Positions 18,964 to 27,818 of a DNA stretch of 49,934 nt are shown piece by piece (the stretch's first letter is position 1; every line of letters starts with the position of its first letter). The DNA lies in assembly GCA_964604045.1 (NCBI GenBank), contig CAZRXM010000002.1, positions 1-49,934 of the forward strand, given 5' to 3'. The translations under genes were made by a program, and so were the position numbers. The DNA is from an uncultured Candidatus Bathyarchaeia archaeon. Its GTDB lineage: Archaea > Thermoproteota > Bathyarchaeia > Bathyarchaeales > Bathycorpusculaceae. Below the pieces are notes generated by a model, which was given only the letters and a program-made list of their open reading frames with translations, did not search any database and was not told the DNA's origin.

Positions 18964-19584
18964 TTGTCCTTTGACCTCAGCCTAGAAGAAGGAAGACTGC
19001 TGGTAAAACTTGCCAGGAAAGCCGTTGAAGAATACTTGAAAACTGGAAAACGTATACCTCCACCCGAAAACATCCCAGAGAAGCTGATGCAACCATGTGG
19101 AGTTTTTGTAACGATAAACAGCGTTAAGGGTGAAGAGAAGGAGCTACGAGGTTGCATAGGCCTCCCTTATCCGACGACGCCCCTAGCGGAAGCGGTCATC
19201 GAGTCCGCCATAAGCTCGGCGACCCAAGACCCAAGGTTTTACCCTTTATCTTTAGAAGAACTTGACGGTGTTGTATTCGAGGTAAGCGTGCTCACCCCTC
19301 CCAGGTTAGTGGAAGTTGAAAATCCAAGCGAGTATCCTTACAAAATAAAGGTGGGCGTTGACGGATTAATCGTAGAAAGGGGATTTTACAAGGGGCTTCT
19401 GCTCCCCCAAGTTCCGGTTGAGTGGGGATGGGACGAGGAGGAGTTTCTGTGCCAGTGCTGTTTAAAGGCTGGACTTCCGCCAGACTGCTGGCTCATGAAG
19501 GGCACGAAAGTCTACAAGTTCCAAGCTATAATATTCGAGGAAGAGGCACCTATGGGCGAGGTTAGGCGCAAAATCCTTATTTAG
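18964..19584 (+). CDS. AMMECR1 domain protein (TTG start)
   Basis: 206 aa; CGVFVT......LRGCIG and DPRF.P motifs. Confidence 0.85.
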   Translation: MSFDLSLEEGRLLVKLARKAVEEYLKTGKRIPPPENIPEKLMQPCGVFVTINSVKGEEKELRGCIGLPYPTTPLAEAVIESAISSATQDPRFYPLSLEELDGVVFEVSVLTPPRLVEVENPSEYPYKIKVGVDGLIVERGFYKGLLLPQVPVEWGWDEEEFLCQCCLKAGLPPDCWLMKGTKVYKFQAIIFEEEAPMGEVRRKILI

Positions 19585-20740
19585 CAGACGCGCTCTCGTG
19601 AGCTACTTTCTCAATTATTTCTACGGCTTTATCAACACCCTTGAACTTGCTGGCGTATTGGTTTAGCTTCCTAACGTTTCTCTTGTAAACGTCCATGTTC
19701 CTCTCCATCTCGCGGAGGGCTTGCACTAACTGATCGCGGTTTTCGGCAACTAGAGAACAACCCATATCCTGTATCTTCTTGGCGTTTGCCAACTGTTCAG
19801 GCTGCGTTGGAATGCATATGCTTGGTTTCACGTATTTTATGACTTCAAAACAAGTGTTGTGTCCGCCGCTGAAAATTACTATTTCAGCTTTTGTCATGCA
19901 TTTTTCCCGCTCCTCCGGCGAAAGCCACTTGTAAATCGTGCAGTTTCCCACAACTGCAACCCCTCTCTTACCTTGTTCACCCAAGCTGACTATGCTTCTG
20001 GTTTTTAAACCCCTTAAAACTGGAATTATCACCCTTTCTAGCCGAGACCTCGTTCCAACTGGTCCACTGATGGATGCGAAGATGAAGCCATTGTATTCCT
20101 CCGCGGTTACACCGTTCACGTTTATGAAGCTTCCCACAAACTCAACCTTGTCCTCGACTCCTACGTGTTCCAGATTTCCCAAATTGTACTCGCAAATGGT
20201 GTAGGGCGGTGGGACGTCTGGAACAATTATTTTTGAACATTTTTTCAAATAGCGCTCCACAAACCTCTCTCCGGGAATCAGCAGTGGGGGAAAGCCGTAG
20301 CTTGGGCGAATGACGTTGGTGATGTAGACTGAAGGGTAATGCCATCGGATGGCTAAACGTAAAGCATGCAGGTCTCCATCAGAGACGATGACATCAGGGT
20401 TTATTTCCAAGAGGTGGCTTCGAAGGTCGTAATAACGATGCACTGTTTCTATTCCGCTTGGAGGTTTAAAGCCAAACCTTCCAGTTTTAGGGTTAACCCA
20501 CGGTAGCGGAAACAGGATGTTCAAAACGGACGCGGAAACGCTTATTCCACGTGCATTTTCATACCAACTTGTAGGCGTACAATGATGAACGTTTTTAAAG
20601 GCTTGTTTGAGAAGCTTGTAGGCTTCTCCTCCGGAGAAAAAGAAAAGTTCTTTTCCCGTCTCCTCCAGTTTTCTCCCTAAAACCATGAGCCTAGAAACGT
20701 GTCCCAAACCAAGCTCTGAACAGCTAAGCATTAAACGCAT
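19577..20740 (-). CDS. GT-B fold glycosyltransferase (GT28 C-terminal domain / MJ1255-like)
   Basis: 387 aa; N-terminal GLGHVSR and C-terminal FSGGHNT..E......P.I.IP...EQ..NA motifs. Confidence 0.7.
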   Translation of the reverse strand: MRLMLSCSELGLGHVSRLMVLGRKLEETGKELFFFSGGEAYKLLKQAFKNVHHCTPTSWYENARGISVSASVLNILFPLPWVNPKTGRFGFKPPSGIETVHRYYDLRSHLLEINPDVIVSDGDLHALRLAIRWHYPSVYITNVIRPSYGFPPLLIPGERFVERYLKKCSKIIVPDVPPPYTICEYNLGNLEHVGVEDKVEFVGSFINVNGVTAEEYNGFIFASISGPVGTRSRLERVIIPVLRGLKTRSIVSLGEQGKRGVAVVGNCTIYKWLSPEEREKCMTKAEIVIFSGGHNTCFEVIKYVKPSICIPTQPEQLANAKKIQDMGCSLVAENRDQLVQALREMERNMDVYKRNVRKLNQYASKFKGVDKAVEIIEKVAHESASAK

Positions 20741-20827
20741 GATTCAAAGAAAAGTGTCGCCCCTTTATTTTGGTTTGCTCCACAAAACTGTTAAAAATGA
20801 AAGTGCTGATGATGAAAACGAGAAGCC

Positions 20828-21703
20828 ATGTACATTCCAAGGAAACTTTTAGAAGAGAAGCTTTTGCAAATGCTTGCAGAAGACGTTGGACAGGGTGACT
20901 TGACAACAGCCCTCCTAATACCGGAAGAATGCATGGTTGAAGCCGAAATAATAGCCAAAGAAGAGGGCATAATCGCTGGAATAGAGGAGGTGCAAGTTCT
21001 CCTCGAAAGTTTAGGTTTAAAATTTGAGACGCTCACAAGAGACGGAGAGAGGGTGAAGCCTCAACAGGTTTTGATGAAGGTTCATGGGGATGCACGAACA
21101 ATAATTACCGCTGAGCGAACCGTTCTCAACATTCTTTCACGGATGAGCGGCATAGCCACAGCAACAAGAAAGCTGGTTGAGAAGGTTCAGAGGGCAGGGT
21201 TTAAGGTGAAAGTCGCGTGTACAAGGAAAACAGCTCCTGGACTGCTTTACTTCGACAAAAAGGCTGTCCTAGTTGGGGGTGGAGACCCTCACAGGTTTCA
21301 CTTAGATGACATGATTCTCATAAAGGACAATCACATTGCCATAGCCGGTGGAGTTGAAAACGCTGTGAAAAGGGCTAGAGACAAGGCATCCTTTAGTAAG
21401 AAAATCGAAGTTGAAGTGACAACAGTTGAAGATGCCTTGAAAGCGGCTGGGGCGGGAGCGGACATCATAATGCTGGACAATTTTTCGCCAGAACAGGTAG
21501 AGAAGGCAGTTGAACTCCTCAAAAAAGCTGGTTTTTACGGAAAAGTGGTTTTAGAGGCTAGTGGCGGGATAACAGCAGACAATATTCTTGAATATGCCTC
21601 TAAAGGTGTAGACGTGGTAAGCCTAGGCGAGATAACTCACAGCGCCAAAGCTCTGAACATAAGCCTAGAAATAAGTGTCAAGAAAGCCCCGCGAATGCCT
21701 TAA
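20828..21703 (+). CDS. nadC: Nicotinate-nucleotide pyrophosphorylase (carboxylating)
   Basis: 291 aa; ED.G.GD.T, AER..LN.L...SGIAT, TRKT.PG, H.R..L.D..LIKDNH, MLDN, EASGGI motifs. Confidence 0.9.
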   Translation: MYIPRKLLEEKLLQMLAEDVGQGDLTTALLIPEECMVEAEIIAKEEGIIAGIEEVQVLLESLGLKFETLTRDGERVKPQQVLMKVHGDARTIITAERTVLNILSRMSGIATATRKLVEKVQRAGFKVKVACTRKTAPGLLYFDKKAVLVGGGDPHRFHLDDMILIKDNHIAIAGGVENAVKRARDKASFSKKIEVEVTTVEDALKAAGAGADIIMLDNFSPEQVEKAVELLKKAGFYGKVVLEASGGITADNILEYASKGVDVVSLGEITHSAKALNISLEISVKKAPRMP

Positions 21704-22256
21704 TCATCGACATTTCAATGAAAGCAGCGGCCAGCAACACTAGGGCGCATAGGGAAACCATCACACATGCGTTTACAAGCTCTCTTCTCCAGTCCCGTTT
21801 AATAATTTGCCACGTTAGCCAAACGTTTTCAGCAAAGGCTATGGAGTACGCAGAAAACTCAAGCCAAGCAAACGGCATAATAAACAAGAGTGTGAAAGCC
21901 ATGTAGGGGTTTACGCCTTCAACAATGCTTTGGGCTGCAATTATAACTCCAGTGCTGTAGAGCACGTAAAACCCGAATAAAACACCTACGACAGGTGCAA
22001 AAAAGGATAGGCATAGGACGAAATTGTTTCCAAAGATTAAAGTGACACCGCGAAACATGTCGGCGGTTAAGACGTAATCTTGCACTTCTTTAAACTCCTC
22101 GTTCATCTTTGAAGCTTCCTCCCTCGAAAGGGGTGCTGAAACACCAGTGGCCGTTACACCTATTGAGAGGAGGAGAAACAACATGACCGTGAGTACACGT
22201 TTCACCTTTGGAGGGAAATTTCTCCAAACATTCAATGTCAATACTTCGTCCTCCAT
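21678..22256 (-). CDS. Integral membrane protein, SpoIIM/DUF95-like
   Basis: 192 aa with N-terminal TM and several C-terminal TMs; FGNNF.....F motif and layout resemble stage II sporulation protein M family; 3' end overlaps nadC by 26 nt (convergent). Confidence 0.55.
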   Translation of the reverse strand: MEDEVLTLNVWRNFPPKVKRVLTVMLFLLLSIGVTATGVSAPLSREEASKMNEEFKEVQDYVLTADMFRGVTLIFGNNFVLCLSFFAPVVGVLFGFYVLYSTGVIIAAQSIVEGVNPYMAFTLLFIMPFAWLEFSAYSIAFAENVWLTWQIIKRDWRRELVNACVMVSLCALVLLAAAFIEMSMIKAFAGLS

Positions 22257-22270
22257 ATTTCTGTCATGCT

Positions 22271-22966
22271 TTAGGGGGTTATCTTTAGAGTTCTAAAACC
22301 CCTTGCACATGGGTTGAGCATCTCCGTGATATTAACTTTTTCCAGCGTCATGTTAGTGTCCACAGCGTAGCCCAAAACATCGTGTTCCGCTGCCATCAAC
22401 GATCGCAAGTAAACCCTGCCATCAACTATTTTTGGTTGACATTTTGAAGGAACCCCCAGCATTAACGGCTCACTCCCCTTTAGAGCTTTTTCAGAGGCAT
22501 ATATTATCGAGTGGGCCCCCGCTGTGAGCTCAGCTATCCTCACGGAGATGCTTTCTTTACCGATGGCTAAGACGTCTACATGGTATTTCTGTGAGATTTC
22601 CCCCGAAACTTTCCTGAGTTTTGGAAGAATTTTCACGAGGTTGCTTCTCGCTTTACTTGAAATTTTCAAGCTTGAAAATTGTATGGGGGAAAGCTCCTCC
22701 AAGGAGACGGCTCCAAGGGACATGTCAAGGTGGACAACGTCCGCCTTCACCCTCGCAAGCAGCTGTTTGCATAGTCCAGCTTCGTGGATTATTGCTTCAT
22801 AACTGTTTGAAACGTCTACGAAGATGGGTTTTGCCAAAAACTGGCTTGGTTCACGATAGGGCGGCTCGACAATGACGGCGGATGTTGCAACGATCAATGT
22901 CGGCTCAAACTTTTCATTAAGAATGGCTGAAGCAGAATCCGCCGCAACAACTTTCAAAAATTTCAC
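22271..22966 (-). CDS. Conserved-looking hypothetical protein (no confident family)
   Basis: 231-aa ORF; alternating beta/alpha-like pattern with acidic residues after hydrophobic strands (VVAADSAS, VVHLDMSLG, DVLAIGKE). Confidence 0.5.
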   Translation of the reverse strand: MKFLKVVAADSASAILNEKFEPTLIVATSAVIVEPPYREPSQFLAKPIFVDVSNSYEAIIHEAGLCKQLLARVKADVVHLDMSLGAVSLEELSPIQFSSLKISSKARSNLVKILPKLRKVSGEISQKYHVDVLAIGKESISVRIAELTAGAHSIIYASEKALKGSEPLMLGVPSKCQPKIVDGRVYLRSLMAAEHDVLGYAVDTNMTLEKVNITEMLNPCARGFRTLKITP

Positions 22967-23004
22967 CCTCTTGAGTTGTAATAGTCCATCTTAGAAATTT
23001 AGGT

Positions 23005-23625
23005 CTACCGCTCACCAGCTGCATGGAAGTGCATTCCCAACACAAAAAGTTCCGAGCTCTTTGCTCTGCTGGCTTTAGGCTTAACGATTTTCACGTCTCT
23101 AAAATGTTTTCTAACGACACTTACAAAGTCCTCCAGCATGTCTCCTTGGAAGACCTTGACGAAAAAGTTTCCGCCGGGCTTTAGCGTTTGGAGGGCTATT
23201 TCCAAGGCTTTTTGGGCTAGGTCTATTTGGCGGGCATGATCCAGCTCCCAGACTCCGGAGATGTTTGGCGAAACATCTGAAACTACCACGTCAGCCTTTC
23301 TTGGAAGAATTTCCAGAATCTGTTTAACAGTCTCATCCTCAGTTATGTCGCCTATAATCGTTTTTACGTTGCGTTCCGGAAAAGGCTCGACTGGTTTTAA
23401 GTCAATCCCTAAAACGAAACCTTTGGGTCCAACGATTTTCCTCGCCGCTTGCGTCCACCCTCCCGGCGCAGCGCCTAAATCCACAACAACATCGCCTTCC
23501 CGGATAAAGTGGTATTTTTCCACGGCTTGGAAGAGTTTGTAGGCTGCCCTTGAGCGGTACTTTTCCTCCTTAGCCTTCCTATAATAATAATCCCTTTTAC
23601 GCTCTTGAATCCACGCCTTTGTCAA
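23005..23625 (-). CDS. rlmE: 23S rRNA (uridine-2'-O)-methyltransferase RlmE/FtsJ
   Basis: 206 aa; YRSRAAYKL, VVDLGAAPGGW, VVSD.SPN.SG, KVFQG, KP.ASR motifs. Confidence 0.9.
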   Translation of the reverse strand: MTKAWIQERKRDYYYRKAKEEKYRSRAAYKLFQAVEKYHFIREGDVVVDLGAAPGGWTQAARKIVGPKGFVLGIDLKPVEPFPERNVKTIIGDITEDETVKQILEILPRKADVVVSDVSPNISGVWELDHARQIDLAQKALEIALQTLKPGGNFFVKVFQGDMLEDFVSVVRKHFRDVKIVKPKASRAKSSELFVLGMHFHAAGER

Positions 23626-23627
23626 AA

Positions 23628-24005
23628 TTAACTGTCACCTAAGACATCTTGGGCAGACTCAGCTATGCGGAAAAGCCACTCTGTTAACTTTTCACAGTTT
23701 TGGGGTGTAATGCTTCCCGTTGGCCCACACTTTGAGCTGTCTGGGCACATCATGCACGGGCAATCTACTATAGAGTCTATAGAAGCCGGCAGCCTTCTCG
23801 GGTAAAGCCTGTAAGTCCACCGACCGTTGCGGAGTTCCTTTTCCCGTCTAATAAGACCTTTACTTTCCAGTTTAAGCGCTATTCTCGAACCTTCCCGGCT
23901 GCTGGCTCCAAGCCTTTTCCATAGTTCAGACTGAAGCAGGCCGTTGCTTCCGGCGTTTATTATTATTTGCAGCGCTCTTTGCTCTAGATCGTTGGATTTC
24001 GGCAT
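23628..24005 (-). CDS. Winged-helix DNA-binding protein with Cys-rich C-terminus
   Basis: 125 aa; wHTH-like segment (GLLQSELWKRLGASSREGSRIALKLESKGLIRRE) followed by CPCMMCPDSSKC; 2 nt upstream of rlmE on the same strand. Confidence 0.6.
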   Translation of the reverse strand: MPKSNDLEQRALQIIINAGSNGLLQSELWKRLGASSREGSRIALKLESKGLIRREKELRNGRWTYRLYPRRLPASIDSIVDCPCMMCPDSSKCGPTGSITPQNCEKLTEWLFRIAESAQDVLGDS

Positions 24006-24054
24006 TCATCCCCCTTCATTTCCGCTTAGTTATATACATGTTTCAGCAAAATGT

Positions 24055-24070
24055 ATGTTTGTTCAAACAT
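24055..24070. promoter_or_regulatory. Perfect palindrome ATGTTTG-TT-CAAACAT in the divergent wHTH/kae1 intergenic region
   Basis: Read directly; lies between the 24005 (minus) and 24103 (plus) start codons next to A/T-rich TATA-like sequence. Confidence 0.3.
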
Positions 24071-24102
24071 AAAATAATTTAGGTTAAGTCGGGCGAGTTG
24101 AA

Positions 24103-25122
24103 ATGGCTACAAGGAAACGCAAAGGTTACTGTCTTGGAATCGAAAGCACAGCCGACGACTTCAGCGTTGGAATAGCCTCATTTGACGGGAAAATATTAGC
24201 CAACATTATAGACGCCTACGTTCCACCAGAAGGGGGAATCCACCCAAGGGAAGCCGCACGCCATCATACCGAAGTCGCAGCCCAAGTTCTTGAAGAGGCT
24301 TTCCGAAAGGCTGGAATAAAGCCAAAAGACTTAACCGTTGTTGCGTTTTCGCAAGGTCCAGGGCTTGGTCCGTGCCTAAGAACAGGTGCAACTGTGGCAC
24401 GGGCCCTCTCATCGTATCTGCATGTTCCCTTGGTGGGCGTTAATCACTGTGTGGCGCATATTGAGATAGGCAAGTTGAAAACGGGGGCTGTGGACCCCGT
24501 CACCCTTTATGTTTCTGGTGGAAATACTATTGTGGCGGCTTTTGACGCTGGACGCTACCGGGTTTTCGGTGAAACCTTAGACATAGCCCTCGGAAACTGT
24601 CTAGACGTTTTCGCCAGAGAGGCTGGACTGAAACAAAAACCCGGCGAACCTTTCGGGGCTATTGTTGAAAAACTTGCCCGAAAAGGTGAACAGCTTATTC
24701 CGTTACCCTACACTGTTAAAGGGATGGACGTCTCCTTCAGTGGTCTGCTAACCGCAGCCATAAACGCATTGAAAAGCAGAGGATGCAGGCTTGAGGATCT
24801 ATGCTATAGTTTGCAGGAAACAGCTTTTTCAATGGTTGTTGAGATAACTGAGAGAGCGTTAGCCCACACGGAGAAGAAGGAGGTTTTGTTAACGGGTGGT
24901 GTAGCTGCCAACAAAAGGCTTCAGGAGATGGTACGTTCAATAGCAGAGGAACATAACGCAAGATTCTGCACAGTTCCAAGCGAATACGCCATTGACAACG
25001 GCGCCATGATAGCTTGGACCGGTGTTTTAGCTTACACTCATGGCATCACAACCCCCGTTGAAGAAAGCTTTGTCCGGTTGAGGTGGCGCCTAGACGAGGT
25101 TGAAGTCCCATGGATGAAATAA
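24103..25122 (+). CDS. kae1: tRNA N6-adenosine threonylcarbamoyltransferase Kae1 (KEOPS)
   Basis: 339 aa; GIESTADD, GGIHPREAA.HH, SQGPGLGPCLR, NHC.AHIE, SGGNT, GGVAAN.RL, DNGAMIAW motifs. Confidence 0.92.
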   Translation: MATRKRKGYCLGIESTADDFSVGIASFDGKILANIIDAYVPPEGGIHPREAARHHTEVAAQVLEEAFRKAGIKPKDLTVVAFSQGPGLGPCLRTGATVARALSSYLHVPLVGVNHCVAHIEIGKLKTGAVDPVTLYVSGGNTIVAAFDAGRYRVFGETLDIALGNCLDVFAREAGLKQKPGEPFGAIVEKLARKGEQLIPLPYTVKGMDVSFSGLLTAAINALKSRGCRLEDLCYSLQETAFSMVVEITERALAHTEKKEVLLTGGVAANKRLQEMVRSIAEEHNARFCTVPSEYAIDNGAMIAWTGVLAYTHGITTPVEESFVRLRWRLDEVEVPWMK

Positions 25123-25778
25123 GCCAGCCCCAACTTATCAAGAAGGGGGCGGAGGCACACCTTTACCTTGCAGAGTGGCAGGGCAGGAAAGCCATATTCA
25201 AGAAGCGTTTGCCAAAGAAGTATAGGCTTCCAGCTCTGGATGAGCGTATAAGAACCTATAGAACAGTTCACGAACCACGGTTGATGTATGAAGCCAAAAA
25301 AGCTGGAGTGCCGACTCCAACGATATTATTCGTCGACGTTAAAAATGCTTTAATAGTGATGGAGCACGTTGATGGCAAACAGCTTAAACAACTGCTGAAC
25401 GAAGTCTCGAGCGATGAAAGAAAACGCTTATGCCGCCGTGTTGGAGAGCTTGTGGGCAGACTACACAAACATGGAATAGTCCACGGCGACCTTACAACTT
25501 CAAACATGATTTACACATGCGACGGCAAAATCTTTTTCGTAGATTTTGGGCTGGGTGAAAAGACAAGGGATGTTGAAGCCATGGGTGTAGACCTCCACCT
25601 TATGAAAAGGGCTTTACAAAGCACCCATTACAAGTTTGCTGAGGAATGCTTCAGAAATGTGATTGAAGGATACTCCAAAATTTGGGACGCTGAAACCGTG
25701 AAAAACGTTTTAGACAAGGTCGAGGAAATAGAGAAGCGAGGACGGTACGTGTCTGAAAGAAAACCAACGAAAGCGTGA
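25110..25778 (+). CDS. bud32: KEOPS kinase/ATPase Bud32
   Basis: 222 aa; overlaps kae1 by 13 nt; GAEA..Y, KY.R...LD...R..RT..E.R, HGDLTTSN, DFGL motifs. Confidence 0.9.
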   Translation: MDEISQPQLIKKGAEAHLYLAEWQGRKAIFKKRLPKKYRLPALDERIRTYRTVHEPRLMYEAKKAGVPTPTILFVDVKNALIVMEHVDGKQLKQLLNEVSSDERKRLCRRVGELVGRLHKHGIVHGDLTTSNMIYTCDGKIFFVDFGLGEKTRDVEAMGVDLHLMKRALQSTHYKFAEECFRNVIEGYSKIWDAETVKNVLDKVEEIEKRGRYVSERKPTKA

Positions 25779-26377
25779 GCCCGTTGGAGTTCCAACTAAA
25801 GGGGAAGGTCATATTCTTTGCAACAAACAACATCAACAAGTTCAATGAAGCCCGAAAAGTTTTAGGCCGCTACAAGATAGCCGTCGGCATGCTGAAGGTG
25901 AAAACCATGGAAATTCAAAGTGAAAACCTTGAAGAAATCGCAAAAACAAGCGCCATCCACGCTTTTCAACAGTGCCGCCTCCCAATAATAGTTGAAGACG
26001 CCGGACTCTTCATTGACGCCTTAAACGGTTTTCCAGGGCCATATGCCTCATACGTGTATAAAACAATTGGAAACGAAGGTCTTCTGAGACTCATGGAAGA
26101 CGTCGCCAACAGGAAAGCACGCTTTCAATCAGTAGTCGCCTACTTCTCTGAGGAATTAGATGCCCCCATATGCTTTAAGGGAGAAGTTCTTGGAGAAATA
26201 ACAGATAAAACCCGAAAAGGCTGCTCCGGTTTCGGCTTTGACCCAATTTTCAAACCCTTAGACTGCGAAAAAACTTTCGCCGAAATGAGCATAGACGAAA
26301 AAAACAAGTATTCCCATAGAGCTAAAGCCCTCCGGAAATTTGCGAAATGGTATAAAAGCTTAAAAGTTGAGAAATAA
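25775..26377 (+). CDS. XTP/dITP diphosphatase (HAM1/RdgB family)
   Basis: 200 aa, GTG start overlapping bud32 stop by 4 nt; ATNN.NK..E, EDAGLFI.AL.GFPGPY, GFGFDPIF, SHR..A motifs. Confidence 0.88.
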   Translation: MSPLEFQLKGKVIFFATNNINKFNEARKVLGRYKIAVGMLKVKTMEIQSENLEEIAKTSAIHAFQQCRLPIIVEDAGLFIDALNGFPGPYASYVYKTIGNEGLLRLMEDVANRKARFQSVVAYFSEELDAPICFKGEVLGEITDKTRKGCSGFGFDPIFKPLDCEKTFAEMSIDEKNKYSHRAKALRKFAKWYKSLKVEK

Positions 26378-26559
26378 AGTAAAATTCGCGGAGGCTTCTC
26401 TTTGAGCGAAAAACAGGTAAATATTCTAAAGGAGATTGTAATGGCATCAATGAAAAAATTCTCATGGTTTTAGAGAGGCACTATATTTCCTTCGTGACAA
26501 TAGCAACGTTGGGGCTAATAATGATATGAATCATTATGGGAAGCTTGAGTTTCGTGACG

Positions 26560-27180
26560 CAACCCGAATACAAGTGGATAGTGTTCCCCATACAACTGTT
26601 CGTTTTTCTGGTTCTTCAGTTATAGTTTAAGGGCTGGGCTATGTTTACGTCAAAGGACACTGTTACCTAATAACAAATGAGTGGGTAATAATGTTCAAAA
26701 AGTTCATTGGAATACTTATAAGAAGGTCACTCACGACAAGATAACGGACTTAATTGTTGATCAAGGGTCCATAAGTAGACTCTCAACTATGGTAGGGTTT
26801 CTCCAATAACGATCGGTATGATTATGCCCATGGAAGCGGCAATATTCTCGATTTCCGGCGTCAAAAATCCCTATGAAGTTAGAGATGCCATCGCAAAACT
26901 CGTTAAAGAAGCAAACCTAGAGGTGTAGAAGTCTGATGGAAGCCATGGCTACCTTGTTTCCGCGATAATAATCGCTGTTTCTTGCATCTTTGTTTTTATG
27001 GCGTTAGTCGGCTACTTTTATGTTAAAGGCCACCTCTATATTTAACCGACAAATGCATCATTCTCATCAGAAAGTTCATCACAGTTTCTGTTAGGGAAAT
27101 TGCTCATAACGAGATAACAGACCTAATTGTTTGCCAGGCCCCCTGCCAGACGGCTTAACTACGGCTCCATAACGTCCCTA
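26560..27180. repeat. Degenerate tandem duplication, period about 373 bp (unit A ~26560-26815, unit B ~26935-27180)
   Basis: Three collinear anchors. GGCTATGTTTACGTCAAAGGACAC (26637) matches GGCTACTTTTATGTTAAAGGCCAC (27010). CACGACAAGATAACGGACTTAATTGTT (26732) matches CATAACGAGATAACAGACCTAATTGTT (27105). AGACTCTCAACTATGG...TCCAATAACG (26777) matches AGACGGCTTAACTACGG.TCCATAACG (27148). Confidence 0.75.
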
Positions 27181-27278
27181 AGCCCAGGAGTTAGCGACCC
27201 CTTTAGGGTTGCAAGCGAACTGTTTAATTTAAACCCGTGCTTGTGAATAGCTTAGGCTGAAGGTTTAAATCGAAGGTC

Positions 27279-27286
27279 TTAAATAT
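27279..27286 (+). promoter_or_regulatory. TATA-box candidate (TTAAATAT) for the uS15 operon
   Basis: A/T octamer about 40 nt upstream of ATG 27326; position only, no experimental support. Confidence 0.35.
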
Positions 27287-27325
27287 CTGTCTACCTTCGC
27301 TCTTACAGAGTTTCGCGTGATAGCC

Positions 27326-27766
27326 ATGCCGAAGAAGGATAAAGGGAAGTCTCACTCAACGAGACCTGTTAGCAAGCGTCCGCCAAGCTGGTGTAAATAC
27401 CAACCTGAAGAAGTGGAGGCTCTAGTTATTAAGTTGGCCAAGGAAGGGCACCCTCCAAGCCGTATCGGCACTATTCTCAGAGACCAATATGCCATCCCGC
27501 TAGTTAAGCCATTAACCGGAAAAAGTATAACGCAGATTTTGAGGGAAGCTGGCCTAGCTCCTGCCATACCTGAGGACCTTGAAAACCTCTTAAAGAAAGC
27601 GACGCGACTTGCAGCCCACCTTGAAAAGCATAGGAAAGATGTGCATAACAAGAGGGCTTTACAGCTTGTTGAGGCTAAGATTCATAGGCTTGCAGAGTAT
27701 TATAAGCAAGAGGGAATATTGCCTCCAGACTGGAAGTACGAGCCTAAGGCAGCGTCAATAGCGTAA
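27326..27766 (+). CDS. rps15: 30S ribosomal protein uS15
   Basis: MPKKDKGKSHS...PSWCKY.PEEVE.LV.KLAKEG..PS.IG..LRDQY..P...GKSI..IL, C-terminal HLE.H.KD.H....L....KI.RL..YY typical of archaeal S15/S13e. Confidence 0.9.
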   Translation: MPKKDKGKSHSTRPVSKRPPSWCKYQPEEVEALVIKLAKEGHPPSRIGTILRDQYAIPLVKPLTGKSITQILREAGLAPAIPEDLENLLKKATRLAAHLEKHRKDVHNKRALQLVEAKIHRLAEYYKQEGILPPDWKYEPKAASIA

Positions 27767-27818
27767 AATTCAGAAATAAGTCATCCTCGAACTTTTAAGC
27801 AGGAGCTTTCAATTAACT

